NCBI RefSeq assembly: GCF_001194135.2
Contig: NC_068986.1
Coordinates: forward strand, 53,629,072-53,668,943
Length of the DNA: 39,872 bases
Direction of reading: 5' to 3'
Source: Octopus bimaculoides
Taxonomy: Eukaryota
Both the position numbers and the translations under genes were made by a program. Below the pieces are notes generated by a model. It searched no databases. It was not told where the DNA came from and worked only from the letters and a program-made list of their open reading frames with translations. Shown here piece after piece: positions 22,272 through 34,524 of this stretch. Positions within the stretch are counted from its first letter, which is position 1. Each line of letters begins with the position of its first letter.

Positions 22272-23313
22272 TTCAAATTCACCTTACCCAAATTAAATTA
22301 TTCTAAATGACTTGAGATACCCGTTCTACCTTGGCTTTGATTTTTCCTCTAGTATAATATAATATAATATATAATATAATATAATATATNNNNNNNNNNN
22401 NNNNNNNNNNNNNNNNNNNNNNNNNNNNNNNNNNNNNNNNNNNNNNNNNNNNNNNNNNNNNNNNNNNATATATATATATATATATACACACACACATCTC
22501 TACCTATCTATCTTCAGCCCTCAGGCTATATCTATCGATTTTTCTCACGACTCATCTGTTTCACCCTCACTCTCTCTCGCTTCACTCTCACTACTGCCAA
22601 AATGTCTCAATTCACAGATAATTAGAAGAGAAATGAGAACAGGCGAGTATAAACATCAACAAGAGACACAATGTAGAATACAATCAATGTACCTTATCAA
22701 ATATAAGATATATGAACTCAAAAAATTTCTCGACAGATTTCATCTGTTAAATAGTTGATATTGCCTTGTAATTTGTAACGAAGATAAAAAGACGAGAAAC
22801 TAGCACGACGAAATCAGCGCCATCTCCCATGGCGTCGCGTGATGCACCATACGATTACGGTGCATTTATATCAAAGCAAAAAATTAAACTATATTTGTGA
22901 AAAGTATCTCTGATACTTTATATGTGCGTGTGTATGTGTGTGTGCATGTGTAAATATAAAGTACCGTAGATATTTTTCACAAATATCGCACACATACACA
23001 CACATATATACATGTATGTATGTATGTATGTATGTATGTATGTATGCATTCGTTTCTTTTTGCAACAAACTGAATATTGAAAACGGTAAAAATACAATTG
23101 ATGTCTGCATTTGTGTACAGGTCTATATTTTTCTTTAAATATGCCTGCATGTAGACATTAATGTGTGTGTGTGCGCATGTGTGTGTGTGCGCATGTGAGT
23201 GTGTGAATGTGGGTGCGTATATATGTGTGTGTGTGTGTGTGTGTGATAGTGCATGTGTATAATGCAATACACAAAATAAAATTGGATAAAAAAGATACGA
23301 GTTGACAGCACTA

Positions 23314-23341
23314 CAATTTTTATAGAATTCTATAAAAATTG
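23314..23341. repeat. Perfect 28-bp palindrome
   Basis: caatttttatagaa|ttctataaaaattg. Confidence 0.95.
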
Positions 23342-23779
23342 AAATGAATAACTATAGAAGCTTTATTAACAGCATAATGCAAAAGTAAATTAAGCACAAT
23401 TACTCGTAAAAATATATAATAACATTATGAGAGCTATCAAGAATTACCGTTATATAATCTTAAATCCAGCGTTGATGATTTTATCAGTTATCAAATTACT
23501 CCCAAGAGCTTTCACGGCTTAGAACAGAACGCACGGATTGTTGCGCCTTAAACAATAGTTTTCTTTCTTTTTAAATGGTATTGTAAAACTTTCGAAATAT
23601 CAGACCAATGCATTTAAGAATGCTATAAAGGAATAATAAGAGAATGGGGAAAATCCTCAATAAATATATCAAACTTGAATATAGTCGTGCATTTATTAAG
23701 AATGATTGAAAGAAAAGATGTTCCCTACTTACAGGAATATGTGTGAGTGCACGTGAGTCATCAATGTATCGGATTACTT

Positions 23780-23877
23780 TGCAGCATGTGTTCCGGTTAT
23801 CTGCGCTCTAATTTCAAATGCCTCCGAGGTCAACTTTGTCATTCATCCTTTTGAAGTAGATGAATAAAATTCCAGTC

Positions 23878-23878
<1 letters not shown>
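23780..23878 (+). mobile_element. Degenerate SINE fragment
   Basis: ttcaaatgcctccgaggtcaactttgtcattcatcctttt. Confidence 0.6.
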
Positions 23879-23953
<75 letters not shown>

Positions 23954-24040
23954 NNNNNNNNNNNNNNNNNNNNNNNNNTACCTACCTACCTACCTACCTA
24001 CCTACCTATCTATCTATCTATCTATCTATCTATTATCTAT

Positions 24041-24098
<58 letters not shown>

Positions 24099-24128
24099 GT
24101 CTGTCTATCTATCTATCTACCTATCTAC

Positions 24129-24169
<41 letters not shown>

Positions 24170-24499
24170 AGTTAAACATAAATTGCATAATTTTGAACAA
24201 TTATGGTGTGATGTGACTCTGTTCAGATAGACCTTGTGATGCTGGAAGACTCACTTCTTGTCAAATGTGCTTTGGTAGCAATTTAGGTTGTTTTTTTTTC
24301 TTTTTTGTTATTATACCCGTTCAAATGCTGGTATAGTAGGTTCTTAAATGGGTATTAAGACTATCTACAACACAAAACTGCTGTTTTCAGTTATAAACGG
24401 TGCGATTAGTTGTGTGCTGGTCGTTCAATGAACATAACTCAGTCTTACAACAATTACAGCTATCTTCTCTTTGAATTGTATTGTTTTGAAGAAACCGGT

Positions 24500-24700
24500 G
24501 CTTATGCAACAAAATGATTTATCTTAAAGAATGTCCTGTGCAAACTTCCTTTTACATAATTATTCCTGTTGCATAATTCATGAAGTCTATAGTCTTTGAG
24601 AAAGTGTTTGTTGAGTAAAGAGAAGAATTTTTCCTGCATAGAAAGTTGACAGCATCTTTGTATGAAAAATCGTGTCGTTGCATGATCATGGAATCCTTCA
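24500..24700 (-). pseudogene. Penelope-like retroelement ORF fragment (RT to GIY-YIG linker)
   Basis: Peptide EKFFSLLNKHFLKDYRLHELCNRNNYVKGS resembles the Penelope-type motif GKKFxxLIDKHFPKxHxLHKIFNRNxVKxSYSC. Confidence 0.65.
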
Positions 24701-24784
24701 AGATAATACAAACGAAAGAGAAAATAACTGTAAATGTCCCAACACTGATTGCTGTCCTCGTTGGATAACCAACGTAAACGTTAT

Positions 24785-25225
24785 AGTTGTTTAATCTCAG
24801 TTCAGTCCTAATTGAGTAAGAAAATATAGGATCAGAGACGATCCAATCAAGACCAACCCACCTTTTTTAAGCGCTGTCTCTTGAGGACAACATATTACTA
24901 AGTGTCTTTCCTTTCTAAGGCAGTAGGATACAGTTTCAGGGAAAGCAGACTGCTATTTCTTGCAAAGCGAGTGACCACGTACAGGTTCATTCATTTCCTT
25001 GTATTCCTTCCTTCAAGTTTTCTGGCGCCGACATTGTTTTTGTTTAGCTCTGATTCTGTCCAGCTATGACCATCTCATCTATTTTTAAAAGACTGTATTT
25101 AGCATTATCCTATATATCCTTTCTTTTCCTTTTCTTTATCGTTTTGACAGTCGAGTATTTGAATGAGATTTGGTTACTATTTCTAACAGGTTGAGTGACT
25201 GCATGGATTCTTCTCTTTCAACGTG
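24785..25225 (-). mobile_element. Two degenerate tandem copies of the (AAC)n-tailed element
   Basis: ctgctatttcttgc...gaccacgtac and gagatttggttactatttctaacaggttgagtgac. Confidence 0.6.
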
Positions 25226-25879
25226 ATCACTCGAACGTTGTTAGTCTTAAAAGTACATGTATTAGCACAGTTTTTGTTGTGACTGAAGAAAGAAAAAATC
25301 CTATTCTATAAGAACTATAAATGTAAATTAATTTTAAAACATTAATTCTTAATTTCTTGCAATTATCTCCCCTTTTCGTTGAAAGTCGCTAACAATTACT
25401 GCCAGCGACTAAGAAAGAAATTTCGATTATTTAAAAAAGTAATTTATTTATACAACTGGTAATTATTGTATAATTAAGTTATTCATTGATCAAAGTTCAC
25501 CGATCAGACCTATGATCAAATGTATTCAAGCCGTAATAATCATCTTTTTTTAATTTTTTTTTTTTACTAGAAGCTGACAACATTATTCAATTATCGATAA
25601 TAACAGCAACCCGATTTATATCCATGGTGTGTAACTTTCAGACAGATTCCCTGTAAATTATAATCTGAAATAAATCAATATTTAATCATGTCAAATGAGC
25701 CAATGAAATTTTTTTTTAAATGGTATGCAATGCTGGGCACTAACGAAAAGGCGCCGAAATCTCATTATTTATCACTTGATTTGTGAATTAGGTTAATTGC
25801 ATAAGAACTTCAGTGAGACTGTACTAGTAAGCAGAATCATCTGTAATATCATGAAATAAAAATTTGAATATTTGTTTTA

Positions 25880-26483
25880 GGCGTGGCTGTTTGGTAAGAC
25901 GTTTACTTTCCAACAATATGGTTTGGGGTTCAGTCCCACTGCGTGGCACCTTTGGAGTGTCTTCTACTATAACCTTGTGGACTTAGTCGATAGAAACTGA
26001 AAGAAGTCCACGTGTGTGTGTGTGCGTTGATATCAGTATTTGTGTTTGTCCCCTTTTACCATTTGACAATGGTTGTTAGTTTGTTTAAGTCCCTGCAACA
26101 TAAGCGGCTCAGCAAAAGAAACTAGGCGGCGAGCTGGCAGAAACGTTAGTACGCCAGGCAAAATGCTTAGCGGTACTTCGTCTGCCGCTACGTTCTGAGT
26201 TCAGATTCCGCCGAGGTCCACTTTGCCTTTCATTGTTTCGAGATCGATTAAATAAGTACCAGTTACGCACTGGGGTCGATATAATCGACTTAATCCGTTT
26301 GTCTGTCCTTGTTTGTCCCCTCTGTGTATAGCTCCTTGTGGGCAGTAAAGAAATAAGAAGAAACTAGACTTTAAAACTAAAAAAGGAAGTGCTGGGGTCG
26401 ATTTATTCGACTAAATCCTTCAAGGCGGTGCCCCAGCATGGACACAATCCAATGACTGAAACAAACAGAAGATAAATGATAAA
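25880..26483 (+). mobile_element. tRNA-derived SINE interrupted by a younger SINE
   Basis: Head ggcgtggctgtttggtaag...gggttcagtcccactgcgtggcacc; the 3' part gctggggtcgattt...gactgaaacaa resumes after the insert. Confidence 0.85.
26126..26357 (+). mobile_element. Full-length SINE (ggcgagctggcagaa family) with 10-bp target-site duplication
   Basis: TSD aagaaactag at 26116-26125 and 26358-26367. Confidence 0.92.
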
Positions 26484-26741
26484 TATTTAGCATTACTATT
26501 CCACGATATAATTACTTCAGTTGTCTCAATAGACAATATTGGATCAAGTCACTTGCCAGACAAGTACACCTCCGGTGCATTATAATACCATCATTGGCAC
26601 GAAGTCATATATTTGTGATGGAGATGTACAGTTAAGTGAATCGATCCAAAGCACGATTTTGATTTTCTCGACGACATTGAAATAATGAAAGTTGTAACTG
26701 ACTTTGATGGAATTTGGAATTAAAACCTATACATATGTATA

Positions 26742-27166
26742 TAACTAAATATTGGTTGAAAATTTTGATACAAGGTCAGCAATTTATGAGGACTGGGTAA
26801 ATCGATTACATCGATCCTAGTGCTCAACTGGTATTTATTTTATTGACTCCGAAAGAATGAAAGGCAATGTCGACCTCGGCGAAATTTAATGTTGCTAAGC
26901 ATTTTACCTGGCGCGATGACGATTCTCCCAGCTCACCACTCAGAATGTAACTAAATATTGGTTTCAAGTATTTGCACAAGGCCTGAAATTTATGGGGAGA
27001 GGGTAAATCGAATACATCGACCCCAGTGCTGAACTGGCACTTATTTTACCGATCGCGAAAGAATGAAAGGCAATGTTGACCTCGGCGGTGTTTGAATACC
27101 GTTAAGCATTTTGCCCTAGGTGCTAACGATTCTGCCAGCTCGACGCCTTAAATGTAACTAAATATT
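26742..27166 (-). mobile_element. Two tandem SINE copies bracketed by three copies of a 12-mer
   Basis: taactaaatatt at 26742, 26948 and 27155 (spacing 206/207). Both SINE copies lack the same internal ctcagaacgtaaag segment. Confidence 0.8.
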
Positions 27167-27234
27167 ACCAGGTTTTCTAATCGGGTAGAATCATTAAAAA
27201 TACTTCACATCCGTATCGACAGGAATTTATCTTT

Positions 27235-27552
27235 TATTTTTTACTTGTTTCATTCTTTGGACTGCGGATATGCTGGGGTGCCGCCTTGAAGGGTTTTAGT
27301 CGAAAGAAGCGACTCCTGTACTTATTTTTTACGGGTACTTTTCTATCGGTCTCATTTGCTGAATCGCTAATTTACGGGGACGTGAACAAACTAACACCGG
27401 TTGTCAAGCAGTTGTGAGGGACAAACATAAAGACACACACATCCACACACACGCATGCATACACATAGCTAAAAAGATGCATATATATATTTGCGCAAGA
27501 TGCCGTATTGTGGGACTGAACCCAATCACATAGTTGGTCATAGCCGCGCCTA
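27235..27552 (-). mobile_element. tRNA-derived SINE, older and internally deleted
   Basis: ttacttgtttcattctttggactgcgg...gtgggactgaaccc...agccgcgcct. Confidence 0.8.
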
Positions 27553-27599
27553 TACATACATACATACATACATACATACATACATACATACGGCATCCC

Positions 27600-27890
27600 T
27601 TTATTCCCGCTCACCCCACCCATTTCATAAGGTCAAGTAAAAGCGACACAAGTCCCCATTCCAAGCCTAATGACTAACCCCTACCTTTACAGACACCAGT
27701 CCATTCTGTGGTTATCTCAGTCGGTTCCTCAACCTACCTTTTCTATCTCCTCTCCCTCTCTGGTGTGGTTAAGTTTCTTTACTGCTGATCTCATACTTGT
27801 ATTTCCTACATGTTTCCTCACCACGCTGGCCCTATAGGGTGCATCTACTTGTTCCATCTATTGTGTGATGTCATGTGTTGCTGGATACTG
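27600..27890 (-). mobile_element. Possible LINE 3' remnant
   Basis: Minus frame RGDRKGRLRNRL loosely resembles GxRxRGRPRKRW; weak support. Confidence 0.3.
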
Positions 27891-28370
27891 AAACATATGT
27901 AACAGTTGAAATAAAGGAGTACCAGGTCAATGCTCACGTTCTTTTCTCTTATTATTGATGCGCTCTTTTGTATTACGGCGAAGCCCAAACTCAAGTACGT
28001 AGACTTGTGTAAACAAGGGACGCGATTAACAGAGCCGAAACCTTTTAATTGTCGTACGCTGAGCACATCCAGTCATACGCACGCGCGCGTAGAGAGAGAG
28101 ATAGTGATGCAAATAAGCAAATACAGCTGCTTGTGTTAGACATACAAAATATACATACATACATTAAAAATGGAGAGAAAAAGATTTCGTAATGTAAGCT
28201 CAAATCATTTGAGCGCGACAAAGTGTTTTCTATATGGAGCATCTCTAGATCTCATCTGTTGAGACTCCTATCTCTCTCTCTCTCTCTCTCTCTTTATGTA
28301 TACATATATATATACACACACATATATTTAAGTATATATATATATATANNNNNNNNNNTACATCATTAGA

Positions 28371-28695
28371 TGTACACCTGACTTTCCTATATTAAATTAG
28401 GAATTAACGGCAACGCAGAACTCCAAACTATCAACACAAACAATATTTATTCAAGGTGGAAAATATACATCTTTAATCTTGTTTGTTGAGACGTCTTCGG
28501 TGTGTGAGAACATGGTTGTTGGGACGTTGGTATATTGATGTGAGCTGTCTGGCGTGAGTTCGAAAGATGGAGAGACAGCTAGACACGTCCTTGCTCCATC
28601 GCTGGTCAGCAAGAAAGAGACAGAATAAAGCGGGAAAGCTTGGATGTTGAATTCCACGTATGCGTGAGACTACGCATGCGCACGGCGTTACTACA
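28371..28695 (-). mobile_element. Probable solo LTR (325 bp)
   Basis: TGTA...TACA termini, AATAAA about 70 nt from the minus-strand 3' end, flanks taga/tata (possible 4-bp TSD with 1 mismatch), non-coding. Confidence 0.5.
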
Positions 28696-28739
28696 TATAT
28701 ATACACACACAGGAGGCCGTATTTATTTGCTTTCAGAGT

Positions 28740-28881
28740 AGAGAGAAGGAAAGAGAAAGAAGGGGAAGAGAGAAAAGAGAGAGAGAGAGAGAGTGAAAGA
28801 AAGAGAGAGAGAGTGAAAGAAAGAGAGAGAGTGAAAGAAAGAGAGAGAGAGAGAGAGAGAGTGAAAGAAAGAGAGGGGAAG

Positions 28882-28924
<43 letters not shown>

Positions 28925-28925
28925 G
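28740..28925. repeat. GA-rich microsatellite (gagagtgaaagaaa units)
   Basis: Direct observation. Confidence 0.95.
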
Positions 28926-29494
28926 CGCACACGAAGAATGACACAAAAATATATTTAAGGCCTGTAATGATGTAAACAAAGAAAAACAAAAATATCATTC
29001 TTTGCTAATCTAAGATGATGTTCATTTAGTTGTCTGTCTCGTCCATTTCTTTCGCTCATTATCTTTGAGAACCTTTGTCCCGGTGAAATACGATCAGCTC
29101 AACTTTAGTCTGTCAATTCGTATCTGTGTCATGCCGTAATCTTAACCAATACAATACACGTACAGTGTCCTCTTGATAAGATTCTTTTTGTTTAGATAAA
29201 GTTGCTTGACTAAAAAATATTTAAATAACACCAATTATTTATCGTAATTGTTTTGTCGAAGCTTATACTTTATTTTTCAAATACTCATGCGCACGCACGC
29301 ACGCACGCACTGACGCTGGCACGCACATACACGCACAGATACACATAGTCTCTTATCACGTGCGTGTACACACACACACAGACTCAACGAGTGAGCCTGT
29401 ACGTGTTCATTAGACCTGCTAAAAGCAGCAACTAAATCGTTCTTTAGATATAACCTTACAGTCTTAAAAAGAAAGAGGACAACCTCACTGGATA

Positions 29495-29580
29495 ACAGGG
29501 ATACAAATAGACGGGATGATGAAGGCTGTAACATCTTTGATCTTAAGTCTGCTCGAATAGGGCTGGCCTGGAGTTAAACA
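29495..29580 (+). mobile_element. (AAC)n-tailed element 3' fragment
   Basis: agacgggatg...ctttgatcttaagtctgctcgaatagggctggcctggagttaaac. Confidence 0.65.
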
Positions 29581-29885
29581 CACACACACACACACACACT
29601 TTAGAAGCATTGTGTTCTTATAAATTAAATGTTAGACTATCGAATCATGGATCGTGATCCTGCATCTGTTATACAGTGAGTGTAATCAACAGAGACTGCG
29701 TAACTACGTGATTCAGCGATGTACCTTAATGAAATTAGGCGCCAGCAATCAGTTAGGTGTCTGTGACAGGAGGTAAACACCGGCTCGATGTATACCGTAC
29801 GGTTTCTGCTAACAACCTTCTAGAACACACCAGTAGTGTGGGGTATCTAATCAAATCAGTGACATAATGATTGTTAAACTGCTTG

Positions 29886-30280
29886 GATTTCAAATTTTGG
29901 CACAAGGCCAAAAGTTTCGAGTTGAGGGAGTAAGTCGATTAGAGCGACCCCAGTGTGTAACTGGTACTTATTTCTTCGACCCCGAAAGGATGAAAAGCAA
30001 AGTCAACCTCAGCGGGATTTGATCTCAGAACGTAAAGACAGACGAAATACTTCTAAGCATTTTGCCCGGCGTGCTAAAGATTCTGCAGGCTCGCCGCTTT
30101 AATATATTAAATAATAATAATAACAATAATCTTTTCTGGTATAGGCACAAGGCCTGAAATTTTGTAGACGGGTACACTCGATTACATCGACTCCACTACT
30201 TGACTGGTACATTTTTCATCGACTCCGAACGGATGAAAGGAAAAGTCGACCTCGGCGGGATTTGAACTCAAAACATAAAG
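29886..30280 (-). mobile_element. Two tandem SINE copies (ggcgagctggcagaa family); the second runs into the gap
   Basis: ggcacaaggcc...cgaaaggatgaaa..caaagtcaacctc..cagaacgtaaag, seen twice. Confidence 0.85.
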
Positions 30281-31248
30281 NNNNNNNNNNNNNNNNNNNN
30301 NNNNNNNNNNNNNNNNNNNNNNNNNNNNNNNNNNNNNNNNNNNNNNNNNNNNNNNNNNNNNNNNNNNNNNNNNNNNNNNNNNNNNNNNNNNNNNNNNNNN
30401 NNNNNNNNNNNNNNNNNNNNNNNNNNNNNNNNNNNNNNNNNNNNNNNNNNNNNNNNNNNNNNNNNNNNNNNNNNNNNNNNNNNNNNNNNNNNNNNNNNNN
30501 NNNNNNNNNNNNNNNNNNNNNNNNNNNNNNNNNNNNNNNNNNNNNNNNNNNNNNNNNNNNNNNNNNNNNNNNNNNNNNNNNNNNNNNNNNNNNNNNNNNN
30601 NNNNNNNNNNNNNNNNNNNNNNNNNNNNNNNNNNNNNNNNNNNNNNNNNNNNNNNNNNNNNNNNNNNNNNNNNNNNNNNNNNNNNNNNNNNNNNNNNNNN
30701 NNNNNNNNNNNNNNNNNNNNNNNNNNNNNNNNNNNNNNNNNNNNNNNNNNNNNNNNNNNNNNNNNNNNNNNNNNNNNNNNNNNNNNNNNNNNNNNNNNNN
30801 NNNNNNNNNNNGACTCAGTTTGTTTTATACTCGTATCAGTTGTTGTGTGAAATATGGTCAAGATATAATGAATCCTTGGTGAGAGGTTTATACCAGAAAT
30901 AGCACACATTTATTTGCAGTATGTTTATTTTATATTCTTTAGTTTCTTCATTTGTTTTCATGAAAATTCTTGTAAATATGAATGAACACCGTCACATTTT
31001 GCTAAACATGAGCTCCGTCTCAACCAGATATTCTTACGATCTTCTATTGCTGTGTAAATACTCAGCATTGATGCGTATTTACAAACTGAAATTTTTATGC
31101 ATTTCATAACTCAGTAACACAGACATTGTATATTGAAATTTGTTTGCTTAGATCTGAGTAACGGAATTAAATTACTTTTGACATCTTAGTTATTTTCATT
31201 GCTATTTCGCCTCTGACTCTGGAACCATTATCCTCATTTATCTATATT

Positions 31249-31460
31249 GATTTCAAATTTTGGCACAAGGCCAGCAGTTTCGGGGTAGGGGTAAGTCGAT
31301 TATATCAACGCCAGAGTTCAGCTGGTACTTTATTTTATTGACCCCGAAAGGATGAACGGCAAAGTTGACTTCGACGGAATTTGAACTCAGAACGTAAAGA
31401 CGGACGAAATGCCGCTAAGCACTTTGCCCGACGTGCTTACGATTCTGCCAGATCACCACC
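31249..31460 (-). mobile_element. SINE (same family)
   Basis: atttcaaattttggcacaaggccagc...gaactcagaacgtaaagacggacgaaatgccgctaagc. Confidence 0.88.
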
Positions 31461-31508
31461 TCACCTCATTTATTTATTTTACAAAATGATTCACTAATCC
31501 TCTCCTGC

Positions 31509-32940
31509 GGGATCTTTGCCTTTCGGTGCGCTAAGTCTACTTTTGTTCAAATTTTCTACACTGACATAATTTTGCATTCTATTTACGAAAATTAAATTCA
31601 TTTTTTGCAGAGATTAAGAATAAAAGGAAAGTTACAAACTTGTTAAGATTGAAATTGTCGCTAATTTCGCCAGTCAGAAGCTTCTATTATCGACATACCG
31701 GGAAGTACAGTTTCTGTATGTTTGCGATAAGAAAATAAAAATATTACGAAACTTTGAACGATTTTTAATGAAAAGTTCCGAAATGAAAGAAAGAAAGAAA
31801 AGTCAAAAAGAAAATTGTGCGATACACTGAAACAGTTTTTTTCTGAATTCGCAATATTCGTTTCTGCACGCTACATGAACTCACAGTGACACGAGTCAAT
31901 TATGGGCTGATAAGAGTCACGATGCCGTTTATTTCCTCGTTTGATCAGGTCTCAAGTACTTTCCACTTGTGTAGATTCCACCGTCTTACGAGTTCATGAA
32001 CTCAGTGTTTCGCCGTTTAATGCTGAAATTGGTCTCTCTGGTATGTGCGTGTACTCTCGCCACAAGTCATTTCCCAATTGAACCGACTCTCAAATACTCG
32101 TTTTGTATATCACGGTTGCGATAGAGCATATTATCTACTGTGTCTTGCGACAGACACTGCCGAAACCCACTACTCAGGTAATATCCTTCTTTAGTTGTAC
32201 TTCCGCCTTGAGAATATTGTTTCATCTATTTCTATATATTATTCCAGGACCGGTTTGCGAAGTTGATCCTCTGGACATAATTCGCGCACATGGCTGTTAT
32301 AATCCACAGTTGTACCATGATTTATGTCCAATTCCTCCACACAAAAACTGATAGTAGATAGTTCCTAAGCCTAGGAGTAGAGGAACAGAGGTAAAGTTCT
32401 AAGTCTATTGCCACCTTCAAACCTTATACCTTTTCTCACAGACACATTTCTTACATTTTGTCTTGTCACAGTACGAACAAATGCCATCTTCATTTCATGT
32501 TTTTTGTGACACATCTTCGGGATTACTCCCTTCTCTTGGTAAAAAAAGATTTTAAAAATATCAAACTGCGTCATCCGCCATCTTTAATTTCTCCCATAAA
32601 GTTCCCGGAGGCACTGTTTTCACGTTCATCATGGTGGTGGTTTGTATCGGTATATTTTCTATGGAAAATCTGTTTACACGACTTGCACTGCTAACATGCT
32701 GTGGGAAATTTATCTTCTATGGAAATAGACGCAAATATTATTTCCGGTATGTCGATAATGGAGGCTTCTGACTTTCTCAAATTAATAAAAATTTCACTCT
32801 TTAAAATGTTTGTAACTTTTATATAATTAATTTATGCAAAATAAGTAAAAGAAAATAATTAATTTAATTAGCATACTAATTAAATTATTGTGAACAAATC
32901 TGAAATCGGATACAGCAAACCAAAGAGAAGAGGTCGTTCC
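31509..32940 (-). mobile_element. Merlin (IS1016/ISXO2-like) DNA transposon, decayed, with long imperfect TIRs
   Basis: Internal transposase remnant flanked by inverted homology, including an exact 16-mer attatcgacataccgg (31686-31701) / ccggtatgtcgataat (32744-32759) and aaagttacaaac / gtttgtaacttt. Exact ends are uncertain; no TSD found. Confidence 0.75.
31863..32575 (-). pseudogene. Merlin/ISXO2-like (DDE_Tnp_IS1595) transposase remnant
   Basis: Peptides VSVRKGIRFEG...LFLYS*A*ELSTISFCVEELDINHGTTVDYNSHVRELC...IEIDETIFSRRKYN*RRILPE*WV(F)GSVCRKT...DLWREY...STQVEST*DLIKRGNKR...IDSCHCEFM*R match Merlin motifs VEIDESLFSRRKYNRGR, QWVFGGICRE, SDxWxAY, HTQxVESxW and YLCEFMWR. Confidence 0.9.
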
Positions 32941-34069
32941 TGAGTTTTACTCTCAAACTGAAATATTTAACTTTGATTAGAAACCATGATTGAATACGAC
33001 TATCAATTGCTCAGTAGATGATCAGAGCTGACATGTAAAGGAGCAAAGAGTTTTGAACTAATCAAATATTCAGCTGCAGATTCAGCATTTCAAATCTTGC
33101 CGCCTACGTCGTATTGTATCCATGAATCTTGTTAACTATTTGTAGCGGAACTACTGTAAAAGTGACGAGTATTTCATCGGCTTATAGTGTCGATCATAGC
33201 CCTCTCCAGTGAGCATAAATTGTAAAGATAGAAGGAAAGAGGAGGAGGGGAGAAGGAGGAGAAGGAGGAGAAGGGGAGGAGGAAAAGGTGGAGAAGGAAG
33301 AGGAGAAGGAAGATGAGAATGAGGAGGAGGAGAGAGATAGAGTAGGATGAGGCACGCCTGTCTATCTGACTGAAAGTACAAGATCATTTTAAGAGTGATA
33401 TACTTTTTAGAAATATATTCACGAATGATTTGATCTTCGCACTAATTTTCTTCTTGTCCACTACCATGTAATTTTATGGCCACATTCACCTCTCACATTA
33501 CTCACCCACTTATTTTTCTTTCTTATATTCTCCGCTACTAAATAAATGAGGAAACTGTGAACAGAAAAGCTTAAACCCAAAGACAAGTTACGAGATGGCA
33601 ATATTGTTTATCCATTATGCCATAATGACCCCCTTGGTGTATCAGTTTATATGACACTATTGATACTATGCTTAAACCGGTGGTGGGGTGTCGGAGAACA
33701 AGTTGAGGAAGATGATATAAAAAATAATAATGAAAGGACAAGGAAAAGAAATGAATAAACTGTAAATCCTCGTTAATGAGATTGACTTTAGAGGGAAAAA
33801 ATGTTTCATTGCTAAAATAGGAAAACAAAAATTCAAAAACTTTGAATGTGGTTTCTTTCGAAAAGCAAATATCTGTCAGTATGTCTGTGACGTTGGTACG
33901 AGTGCTTGGCTGGTTCTCACCAGTAGAATAATGACGACATACGTAAATCGCATTCTGTTTCGACATTGTTTTTCAGACTTAAATTTTATTCTTTCACCAG
34001 TCTTGCTATTGCTAGTGTCATGACGACAACTACGAAATTAAGACTCTTATACGTACACACTAGCATACA

Positions 34070-34101
<32 letters not shown>

Positions 34102-34524
34102 AGAGACAAGTGTACGTACGCCGCTATATATATATATATATATATANNNNNNNNNNNNNNNNNNNNNNNNNNNNNNNNNNNNNNNNNNNNNNNNNNNNNN
34201 NNNNNNNNNNNNNNNNNNNNNNNNNNNNNNNNNNNNNNNNNNNNNNNNNNNNNNNNNNNNNNNNNNNNNNNNNNNNNNNNNNNNNNNNNNNNNNNNNNNN
34301 NNNNNNNNNNNNNNNNNNNNNNNNNNNNNNNNNNNNNNNNNNNNNNNNNNNNNNNNNNNNNNNNNNNNNNNNNNNNNNNNNNNNNNNNNNNNNNNNNNNN
34401 NNNNNNNNNNNNNNNNNNNNNNNNNNNNNNNNNNNNNNNNNNNNNNNNNNNNNNNNNNNNNNNNNNNNNNNNNNNNNNNNNNNNNNNNNNNNNNNNNNNN
34501 NNNNNNNNNNNNNNNNNNNNNNGT

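Noticed and set aside
33571-33966. 131-aa minus-strand ORF
   Set aside because: TTG start, Phe/Leu/Ser-rich composition typical of AT-rich non-coding DNA, and no recognisable domain.
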